Source: Azolla caroliniana
Lineage: Eukaryota > Plantae > Polypodiophyta
Direction: 5' to 3'
Assembly: GCA_043228905.1 (NCBI GenBank)
Contig: JBHGNT010000565.1
Location: 1-20,585, forward strand
Length of the DNA: 20,585 bases
The notes under the pieces are model-generated. The model searched no databases. It saw only the letters and a list, made by a program, of their open reading frames with translations, and was not told the origin of the DNA. Positions 11,501 to 20,585 of this stretch are shown here, in pieces. Both the position numbers and the translations under genes were made by a program. The first letter of the stretch is position 1, and each line of letters opens with the position of its first letter.

Positions 11501-14500
11501 GAAATGCGAAGAGGTAATTTTTTAAAAAGTATCAGGCGCTATCAGAATATGTTTTATCTCAAATTCACTTAACTTTTTTGAAATTAAAGAAATATAGGAA
11601 TTTGTAACAGGAGTACAGAAATGCGAAGAGGTAATTTTTTAAAAAGTATCAGGCGCTATCAGAATATGTTTTATCTCAAATTCACTTAACTTTGTTAAAA
11701 TTAAAGAAATATAGGGATTTGTAACAGGAGTACAGAAATGCGAAGAGGTAATTTTTTAAAAAGTATCAGGCGCTATCAGAATATGTTTTATCTCAAATTC
11801 ACTTAACTTTGTTAAAATTAAAGAAATATAGGGATTTGTAACAGGAGTACAGAAATGCGAAGAGGTAATTTTTTAAAAAGTATCAGGCGCTATCAGAATA
11901 TGTTTTATCTCAAATTCACTTAACTTTGTTAAAATTAAAGAAATATAGGGATTTGTAACAGGAGTACAGAAATGGAAGAGGTAATTTTTTAAAAAGTATC
12001 AGGCGCTATCAGAATATGTTTTATCTCAAATTCACTTAACTTGTTAAAATTAAAGAAATATAGGGATTTGTAACAGGAGTACAGAAATGGAAGAGGTAAT
12101 TTTTTAAAAAGTATCAGGCGCTATCAGAATATGTTTTATCTCAAATTCACTTAACTTTGTTAAAATTAAAGAAAATATAGGGATTTGTAACAGGAGTACA
12201 GAAATGGAAGAGGTAATTTTTTAAAAAGTATCAGGCGCTATCAGAATATGTTTTATCTCAAATTCACTTAACTTTGTTAAAATTAAAGAAATATAGGGAT
12301 TTGTAACAGGAGTACAGAAATGGAAGAGGTAATTTTTTAAAAAGTATCAGGCGCTATCAGAATATGTTTTATCTCAAATTCACTTAACTTTGTTAAAATT
12401 AAAGAAATATAGGGATTTGTAACAGGAGTACAGAAATGGAAGAGGTAATTTTTTAAAAAGTATCAGGCGCTATCAGAATATGTTTTATCTCAAATTCACT
12501 TAACTTTGTTGAAATTAAAGAAATATAAGAATTTGTAACAGGAGTACAGAAATGGAAGAGGTAATTTTTTAAAAAGTATCAGGCGCTATCAGAATATGTT
12601 TTATCTCAAATTCACTTAACTTTGTTAAAATTAAAGAAATATAGGGATTTGTAACAGGAGTACAGAAATGCGAAGAGGTAATTTTTTTAAAAGTATCAGG
12701 CGCTATCAGAATATGTTTTATCTCAAATTCACTTAACTTTGTTAAAATTAAAGAAATATAGGGATTTGTAACAGGAGTACAGAAATGGAAGAGGTAATTT
12801 TTTAAAAAGTATCAGGCGCTATCAGAATATGTTTTATCTCAAATTCACTTAACTTTGTTAAAATTAAAGAAATATAGGGATTTGTAACAGGAGTACAGAA
12901 ATGCGAAGAGGAAATTTTTTAAAAAGTATCAGGCGCTATCAGAATATGTTTTATCTCAAATTCACTTAACTTTGTTAAAATTAAAGAAATATAGGGATTT
13001 GTAACAGGAGTACAGAAATGGAAGAGGTAATTTTTTAAAAAGTATCAGGCGCTATCAGAATATGTTTTATCTCAAATTCACTTAACTTTGTTAAAATTAA
13101 AGAAATATAGGGATTTGTAACAGGAGTACAGAAATGGAAGAGGTAATTTTTTAAAAAGTATCAGGCGCTATCAGAATATGTTTTATCTCAAATTCACTTA
13201 ACTTTGTTGAAAATTAAAGAAATATAGGAATTTGTAACAGGAGTACAGAAATGCGAAGAGGTAATTTTTTAAAAAGTATCAGGCGCTATCAGAATATGTT
13301 TTATCTCAAATTCACTTAACTTTGTTAAAATTAAAGAAATATAGGGATTTGTAACAGGAGTACAGAAATGCGAAGAGGTAATTTTTTAAAAAGTATCAGG
13401 CGCTATCAGAATATGTTTTATCTCAAATTCACTTAACTTTGTTAAAATTAAAGAAATATAGGGATTTGTAACAGGAGTACAGAAATGGAAGAGGTAATTT
13501 TTTAAAAAGTATCAGGCGCTATCAGAATATGTTTTATCTCAAATTCACTTAACTTTGTTAAAATTAAAGAAATATAGGGATTTGTAACAGGAGTACAGAA
13601 ATGCGAAGAGGAAATTTTTTAAAAAGTATCAGGCGCTATCAGAATATGTTTTATCTCAAATTCACTTAACTTTGTTGAAATTAAAGAAATATAGGAATTT
13701 GTAACAGGAGTACAGAAATGCGAAGAGGTAATTTTTTAAAAAGTATCAGGCGCTATCAGAATATGTTTTATCTCAAATTCACTTAACTTTGTTAAAATTA
13801 AAGAAATATAGGGATTTGTAACAGGAGTACAGAAATGCGAAGAGGTAATTTTTTAAAAAGTATCAGGCACTATCAGAATATGTTTTATCTCAAATTCACT
13901 TAACTTTGTTAAAATTAAAGAAATATAGGGATTTGTAACAGGAGTACAGAAATGCGAAGAGGTAATTTTTTAAAAAGTATCAGGCACTATCAGAATATGT
14001 TTTATCTCAAATTCACTTAACTTTGTTAAAATTAAAGAAATATAGGGATTTGTAACAGGAGTACAGAAATGCGAAGAGGTAATTTTTTAAAAAGTATCAG
14101 GCGCTATCAAAAATATGTTTTATCTCAAATTCGCTAAACTTTGTTAAAATTAAAGAAATATTGGGATTTGTAACAGGAGTACAGAAATGCGAAGAGGTAA
14201 TTTTTTAAAAAGTATCAGGCGCTATCAGAATATGTTTTATCTCAAATTCACTTAACTTTGTTAAAATTAAAGAAATATAGGGATTTGTAACAGGAGTACA
14301 GAAATGCGAAGAGGTAATTTTTTAAAAAGTATCAGGCGCTATCAGAATATGTTTTATCTCAAATTCACTTAACTTTGTTAAAATTAAAGAAATATAGGGA
14401 TTTGTAACAGGAGTACAGAAATGCGAAGAGGTAATTTTTTAAAAAGTATCAGGCGCTATCAGAATATGTTTTATCTCAAATTCACTTAACTTTGTTAAAA

Positions 14501-14689
14501 TTAAAGAAATATAGGGATTTGTAACAGGAGTACAGAAATGCGAAGAGGTAATTTTTTAAAAAGTATCAGGCGCTATCAAAAATATGTTTTATCTCAAATT
14601 CGCTAAACTTTGTTAAAATTAAAGAAATATAGGGATTTCTAATAGGAGTACAGAAATGCGAAGAGGTAATTTTTTAAAAAGTATCAGGC
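5554..14689. repeat. Tandem satellite array, 116-118 bp unit, ~78 copies (degenerate half unit from ~5506)
   Basis: Consensus AATTTTTTAAAAAGTATCAGGCGCTATCAGAATATGTTTTATCTCAAATTCACTTAACTTTGTTAAAATTAAAGAAATATAGGGATTTGTAACAGGAGTACAGAAATGCGAAGAGGT (117 bp). Marker GGAGTAC at 5651, 5768, (5886), 6004, 6121 ... 14645. Copy number is estimated from span divided by period. Confidence 0.98.
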
Positions 14690-14705
14690 TTCTACAGTAA
14701 TGGTT

Positions 14706-14952
14706 GATCCACAAGAACTACTAGTAATATAAACTATATATGTATGTTTTTATTTTCTTTAAATAAAACATGATCAAAAGTTGGTATGCCCCAGCCAGGA
14801 ATCGAACCTGGGTCTCCTGGACAAGTCCAGTTGCTTTTCCAGTTAAGCTACCAGAGCTGTTAAGTACTTCCTTATGATCATTAAATATTTAAATTAAATT
14901 TTAACATAAGTTTAAAAGTGGGTACAAAAGTAGTTCTTGTAAAAATGTGATC
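14706..14952 (-). repeat. Imperfect foldback (~245 nt) with the tRNA-like cloverleaf at its apex, right copy
   Basis: ACAAGAACTACT (14711-14722) is the exact reverse complement of AGTAGTTCTTGT (14929-14940). TGATCAAAAG (14771-14780) pairs with CTTATGATCA (14871-14880) at 9/10. The intervening AT-rich arms also pair. Confidence 0.7.
14787..14857 (-). ncRNA. tRNA-like cloverleaf with collapsed anticodon loop, second copy, inverted
   Basis: Minus strand GCTCTGGTAGCTTAACTGGAAAAGCAACTGGACTTGTCCAGGAGACCCAGGTTCGATTCCTGGCTGGGGCA; 65/71 identical to 5343-5413; a TTTT run follows ~8 nt downstream. Confidence 0.85.
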
Positions 14953-15380
14953 CTGATCTATTAATAGGTTTAAGAGTTTAGTGCCCCATTTATTAGGTTT
15001 ACATCACGCAGAATAAGGTAGAAAGACGTTGTTTTGTTTGCTACCGTAAAAAAATGATTTAATTAATCTTAAAAGGAGAATAAGTATGTTTGCATTGAGT
15101 TTTTAACCACTATAAACCTTTTTCCAGCCTTTCTATTTACTTTATTCCAGGCTTCAACACCAGAATCCTATTGGGCAATTAGCGTAAGAAATTACAGGTC
15201 CACAAATATCCACTTTTAATAGAGAATTTCAATTACACAAAAACACAGAAGGGGGGTCTATAATTTTACTTTCAGCTAAATCATTTTATTTTATTCTTTA
15301 GGTAATACTACTGATTGGGTTTCTTTAATACCGTAAATTATAGTTATAGTTAAATAAAACGTAACGAAGAGATTAATAAG

Positions 15381-15680
15381 TCTATAGTTTGGTAGAGAAC
15401 CAAACACTTATTTGAGTGATTCCATCCTAACATCTTACTACCGGTTTCGAACTATATCACTTCTCATCAGGCAATCTAGTCGAAGGATGAATATCTCTCA
15501 AAAGTTCCCATACTTAAACAATATTTGTTGGTACTAAACAGTTTACAATTGGTCTGACGCGCCATCTACCATAAACGGTAGAAATAAAGGCGAGCCAGAC
15601 GACATCTAGCGACAATTCCATAATTGGATCGCTTTATTACTAATGTTAATAGCAGATGGCACGTCAAACCAATTTTAAAA
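15381..15680 (-). mobile_element. Hammerhead element copy C (near complete, with 5' inverted repeat)
   Basis: Reverse complement of copies A/D. Inverted arms at ~15540-15593 and ~15629-15679. Confidence 0.8.
15434..15475 (-). ncRNA. Minimal type I hammerhead ribozyme (core intact, one stem II mismatch)
   Basis: Minus strand reads ATTGC CTGATGA GAAGT-gatat-AGTTC GAAA CCGGTA GTAAG. Confidence 0.78.
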
Positions 15681-16794
15681 CGGTTAAGAAGTATTGCATT
15701 TTTAATTTAATTTCAAATTAAGCTCTGGCTAAATAATGTACATTTTAGCTTATTTTGGATTTATGATTTTGCATTAATTTAATATGGTTTTAATTTTGCT
15801 TTAACTTTGTTGCACGACAAATGATTCCGTAATGATTTACTGTAACTAATGTTCTGAAATTTATATAATCGAAATAATAGTAACCCATTTAATAAAAATC
15901 TTTGGAAACGTTTAAAATACCTTAAAACATTCATAACTATAAATAAGAATGAACAACCATTAATATGGAAGACGGGTTTAGTCATTATAATACGTACAAA
16001 TATATACGAGCATTAATAGAATGATTAAACTTAGAATAAATTTTCACTGGTGTGATGACATGTAATTTTCAATTGTGGCGACAATAAATATACAATTCGA
16101 CTTGGGGGTGTGTTATGTATTCAGTTGAGAATATAAATGACCGTTGCCCGAGGAATTTCAGCTATTTGCTTAATTAAATTTCGGGGTATAAATGTTACCG
16201 GAACTTTGCGAAACAACTGGATGCTTTATCCAGCTCAAACACGCTGTTTTGTCTCTATCTCGGCTTCGTCACGTCCACACGGCTATATCTGTTTTGCCAA
16301 ACTCAATTTTAAACCGCACTCAAACTTTACAAACTGATTTTTGGAATCACTGTTTCTTATTCCACTTTTCTCACTATGAATACCGATTTTATTTTCTGCT
16401 TATACGTTCAGAAACCGCTAAGAGTATAATTTGTTTTATTGAATGTAGCGAAAAAATCGCGAATATTTTAAAATTAGAAAAATGTCCCGCATAAAAATAT
16501 AGAAAATGTTATGACAAATCACCAAAGCGCAAATACAAAAATTGAAATAAAATTCAAGATAATATTTCTGCGAATGGATGGCGAGAATATATAAAATTCT
16601 GTCACATATTGTCAGGACGTCTTCATAAATTTTCTAAAGGAAATTGTTTTCTATATTTCTATGCTGAACCACATGAAATGCGATTGCAACAGATGGGAAA
16701 AAACATAATATATTCGTCACTGATTTTTTATATTAAATGACAAAATATGAATTTTGTTTTAAAAGTTATTCTTATTTAAACGTTGTATTGTTTT

Positions 16795-17750
16795 TAAAAC
16801 TTAGGTTATATGGTATATCTGATAGTTTAATTTTATGGTTTGATATATATCTGACCAATAGAGAAATGTATGTTTGTGTTAACAATTTTAAATCTGGAAC
16901 ATTTTGCAGTTGATCCGGTGTACCACAAGGAAGCAACTTGAGTCCTCTGTTATTTTAAATTTATTTTAACGATATTGTTGAGTGTGTTATGGATTCTGAA
17001 GTTTTGTTATACGCTGACGACCTAAAGTTGTTTCGTATGATTACATCACCTAATGATTGTATAATGCTTCAAATAATCTTAATAGGGTTTCCAACTGGTG
17101 CGAAGTTAATAGTCTTGCTATAAATATTTCTAAATGCAAGGTAGTCTCATATAAATATCTTAATCCTTTGATAAACTATTATACAGTAAATAGCACAACT
17201 CTTGAGCGATCATCAGAAATAGCAGATTTGGGTGTTTGGTTTGACAGTAAAATAACTTTTTCTACACATATTACATCTATTGTGACAAGTGCAACAAAAC
17301 TGCTTGGTTTTATTTTTAGAAGCACTAAGGTGTTTCAGTATAATCAACCACTGGATATATTGTTTTTTTCATTAATTAGAAGTACATTAGAATACGCATG
17401 TGTAATTTGGAATCCCATTTATATAAAATATGAAATGTAAATCAGATAAATAATCTGAAAAATAGGAAATACATTGCAACAGTAATGCTCCTATATAATT
17501 TGTTAACTAACCTAGATTCGCAAATATATGATCAAAATCCTCTTTTTATATAGATCAGAAGTATATAAAATGTGTCATAAATATAATAAGTTTTGTTTCG
17601 ACTTGAATATATTTTATACCAGCAAAGAAATATTTAAGGAAAATTATATTTGGACCATAAATAGTAGTTTTTAGTTATGTTATGCATTATTGTAAACATA
17701 CAATGATTGTTCTGTAATAGTTAAACGTTAAACAATTAACTATATTATTA
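16795..17750 (+). mobile_element. Second degenerate CR1/T1-like LINE ORF2 fragment
   Basis: KLRLYGISDSLILWFDIYLTNR...SGVPQGSNLSPLLF*IYFNDIVECVMDSEVLLYADDLKLF, then ORF 17057-17440 (NISKCKVVSY, DLGVWFDSKITFSTHI, LLGFIFR, LIRSTLEYACVIWNP). Stops and a frameshift are present; the 3' boundary beyond 17440 is approximate. Confidence 0.88.
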
Positions 17751-18749
17751 TTATATAAATTTAACTGCTTCAGAATGACAAAACAATCCAAATCCAATTT
17801 TTTTGCAATTGTTTCCTTATGTAATCCTTAGTTTACATACAATTTAAAAAGGTTAATTCAGGGACTGCCAATATACCAAAATAAAACACAAGACAGAATC
17901 CAGAAATGAGACCGAAGGAGCATTCAATCAGCAAGATCCTTGGGGAGTCCAAGAAATTAAGTAACCTTGGCTGCTCGCACACTGTAATTAGAATTACTAC
18001 TTCCTCTGTTACAAATATCACTGCCATCCCCTTCGGGAATACGACGGGGACCTTCTCTGTCGCATAGACGAAAATCACCGCAAGACTTTTATTCTTTTGT
18101 CGTATCAAAAACCATTTCAAAAATATTAAATATTTGTCGACTTTGCGCATTTGTTTGTGTTAAAATGTCAGTTGTCAAAACGTGATTAAAACATACCTAA
18201 ATCAACATTTAATTCGGGTTATAATATGTTTTTAAAGTAAGGCCGTAAAGAAAATATTGCTTGTTTTATACAGTGCGCCCGTAAAGTCTTCCACCATGTA
18301 ATTTAAAATTCAAGTAGTTCAATCTTAGATATCGTCATATCTCCAAATTGGGGACACCCTGTATACAAACTTTTTAGTTTAAAAAATCCACAACTGAAAA
18401 TACTAATTGACGTGTCCAGTCCTTTCGATAAAGAACAGGGTGGCCGCAGGACGGGTCATAAAACAATCAAGGTTTTTTCCCGGCTTTTCCCGGTCCAAAT
18501 ACAGGTTTTGAATTTTCAAAGATTTATTCAAGAGGAGCTTAAAATTTAGCTTAATACGAGCAAAATCCATAAATGAACTACTTTTTATTATAGAACCAGT
18601 AACATTCTCAAAATGTATCAGCTGGTGTACATTAAGAGACAAAATATAAACTTATCGAATTATTTACATTCTTAAAATGTATTATTTGGTATCGGACATT
18701 ATGAGATAACATACAAACTGAGCGAATTATTTAATTTTTTAAAATTTTG

Positions 18750-18785
18750 GTACTATACCAAATTTTCAAAAATTTGGTATAGTAC
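18750..18785. repeat. Perfect 17-bp inverted repeat with 2-nt spacer
   Basis: GTACTATACCAAATTTT-CA-AAAATTTGGTATAGTAC. Confidence 0.9.
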
Positions 18786-18829
18786 TTTATAAAATAAATC
18801 ATAGCCATCGAATTATTGCTTCTTTTTCT

Positions 18830-19830
18830 AAATTTCTTCAGTCAATCTGGCCAGCTCTGAAATGTGCTGAGCCTTCTTCTCTTCTAATTCTTTAATTTCA
18901 AGTTTTCTGCGTTTCTTTGCGTTTTCTTCGTCTTCTTGTTTTTTATTCTCTTTTCTTGTTCGCTTCAAATTTTCTCGATAAAATCTACTTGCATTCTTAT
19001 AAGCATGGAAAAGTTTAGGAGTTATTTCGATGTTTTCTACCCCTCCAGCTTGCGCTATTGCATCATAAATCCCCCTTTAAGCCACCAAACTCGCCTCATG
19101 TTGGTTCTCAACTAGACATTGAGCGTTCACGGAGAACCCTAGCTCCACCGTTGCATTATCGTGACTCAAAATCAGTATCATTTTGAAGAATAGTAAGAAA
19201 TTTTCTTCTTCCATCATATTTAAAATTAAGAGTGTCCCTCCAAAATTTACTTGTCATATGCCGTTTGAAGATTTGGAATTCGTCCTGGACTTGCGAGTTT
19301 GCGTATATACCAATAATATAATATAAAATAAATATAATAATATATTTTTTTATCATATCAGCTTTTATTCCAGTAATTTGACCATTTTCCACCAATAATT
19401 CTGGACAAGATGCTGGTCTTTTAAGGGCCAATCCTGGCTTAGAAATCATGGCTGGATCTAGACAAAGTATATCTTTGGTCAAACTATATTTCAATGGGGA
19501 TCGTTCTAGAAGTTTCTCAATAACTGTAACTATACATGTGAATCAGTTTTGAATTTGAGAATTTGTTCATCACTTGAATGCATCACTATTCGTAAAATTT
19601 AGCACAAACATTTTAGTGCTGAGGACATTATCAGTCATTGTCTTAATTTTTTTTGGTTTGGGACTCTGGTCACGAGAGACAATGTTAATTTATACAATTC
19701 TTCATTTAAAAATGGTGTTATAGGTGCCTCCGTTTGAAACTTAACCAAAAATGGTTCCAAATCTGACGCAAGTGAATAAAAAAGGCCAATTTCGCTAAAA
19801 ATAATTTATCATTTACAGCATCTTGCAGAT
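18830..19830 (-). pseudogene. Transposase C-terminal remnant (hAT-like dimerisation motif)
   Basis: Minus-strand fragments FYSLASDLEPFLVKFQTEAPITPFLNEELY, SPLKYSLTKDILCLDPAMIS, and NATVELGFSVNAQCLVENQHEASLVA*RGIYDAIAQAGGVENIEITPKL (VERGFS-like motif), followed by a K/E/R-rich tail. Stops and frameshifts present. Confidence 0.75.
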
Positions 19831-20133
19831 TTAAATTGAACTCAATGACAGTTTAGAAATCAAGGTTTGGCAAAAAAATCAAGGAGTAAAAAAAAATCAA
19901 GGTTTTTAAGGTTTCAAGGTCCTGCGGCCACCCTGAAAGAACTACTTAAATTTTAAATTACATGGTGCAAGGCTTTATTGAAGCACTGTATATAGGTATT
20001 ACGTAAAACAAGTTCCCCAAAACGTTCACGTTCAATAAAAAAATAAACAATGACATGTTTGATAATGATAAATTATTACGCTCGAATTGGTCATTTAAAC
20101 GAAAAATTCACAATATTTAAAAAGATAAGCTCT

Positions 20134-20475
20134 AGTTTACAATTGGTTTGACGCCCATCTTCCATTAACAGTAGAAATCAAGGCGAGACAGACGACATCT
20201 AGCGTCAGTTCCGAAGTCACATTTCGTCCGACATCGGAACTGTCGTTAGATGCCATCTGTCTCGCCTTGATTTCTAACGTTAATGGTAGATGGCGCGGTA
20301 GACCAATTGTAAACTGTTTGATACCAACAAATATTGGTTAAATATGGGAACATTTGAGAGATATTCATTCTTCATCTAGCTTGCCTGATAAGAACTGACA
20401 TAGTTCGAAACCGGTAGTAAGCTTTCATTAGGATGAAATCTCTTAAATATAGTTTTGGTTTTTTTTACCAAACTA
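20134..20475 (+). mobile_element. Hammerhead element copy D with ~80-bp 5' inverted repeat
   Basis: Arms 20134-20214 and 20234-20315 are imperfect reverse complements. The downstream part aligns with copy A through the 3' hairpin. Confidence 0.82.
20378..20423 (+). ncRNA. Minimal type I hammerhead ribozyme with core mutation (CUGAUAA), probably inactive
   Basis: AGCTTGC CTGATAA GAACT-gacat-AGTTC GAAA CCGGTA GTAAGCT; 7-bp stem I, but conserved G8 is A at 20390. Confidence 0.75.
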
Positions 20476-20585
20476 AGTTATACTTCTTAATTTTATACTT
20501 GATCATTTATTTTTGTGTTGAATTCGTTCTAATTTTTGGTATTCTGAATTATTATTAATATATTTTTTTTATAAACCATTTAACG

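Larger units (their letters stand above)
18436..19935 (-). mobile_element. Internally deleted hAT-related DNA transposon, 17-bp perfect TIRs, 6-bp TSD
   Basis: TIR CAGGGTGGCCGCAGGAC (18436-18452) / GTCCTGCGGCCACCCTG (19919-19935); AAAGAA at 18430-18435 and 19936-19941; subterminal AATCAAGG repeats at both ends. Confidence 0.88.
18271..19988. mobile_element. Tc1/mariner-type MITE (~212 bp when empty, ~50-bp TIRs, TA TSD) interrupted by a hAT-like element
   Basis: TA|CAGTGCGCCCGTAAAGTCTTCCACCATGTAATTTAAAATTCAAGTAGTTC (18271-18320) versus the reverse complement of 19939-19988, CAGTGCTTCAATAAAGCCTTGCACCATGTAATTTAAAATTTAAGTAGTTC; TA at 18269-70 and 19989-90. Confidence 0.85.

Noticed and set aside
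5554-14689. CRISPR array
   Set aside because: Units are near-identical over their entire length with no unique spacers, there are no cas genes, and the context is eukaryotic TEs.
5554-14689. Coding tandem repeat (117 = 39 codons)
   Set aside because: The frames I translated contain a stop in every unit, the ORF track shows nothing here, and 116/118-bp variants break frame.
15779-16494. ORFs 15779-15985, 16137-16337, 16192-16494
   Set aside because: No recognisable motifs, overlapping frames, and composition typical of chance ORFs in AT-rich DNA.
18346-18365. GGGACACCCTGTATA as the end of a further TACAGGGTG-type MITE (and TACAGGGTG at ~3430 as its partner)
   Set aside because: Only a short motif; the two sites are 15 kb apart and share no further similarity.
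18403-18642. 79-aa minus ORF
   Set aside because: It runs across the hAT TIR/TSD junction, so it cannot be a coherent gene.

Overview
AT-rich eukaryotic (probably insect) repeat-rich DNA with no convincing intact host gene. The centre is a ~9.1 kb tandem array of 116-118 bp units (~78 copies, 5554-14689). It is sandwiched between two inward-facing 71-nt tRNA-like cloverleaves (5343-5413 +, 14787-14857 -) that lack a canonical anticodon loop. Each cloverleaf sits at the tip of a ~240-nt foldback whose arms show compensatory base changes between the two copies; this cassette is the most unusual item. Four dispersed copies of a short non-coding element carry a minimal type I hammerhead ribozyme (Penelope-like/retrozyme type), a 5' inverted repeat whose spacer occurs in both orientations, and a 3' hairpin. 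The rest is decayed transposons: two CR1-like LINE RT fragments, a mariner remnant, a 5'-truncated RNase H-bearing LINE with a 13-bp TSD nested in a hammerhead element, and a hAT-like element with a 6-bp TSD nested in a Tc1-like MITE. All calls were made by eye; no searches were run.
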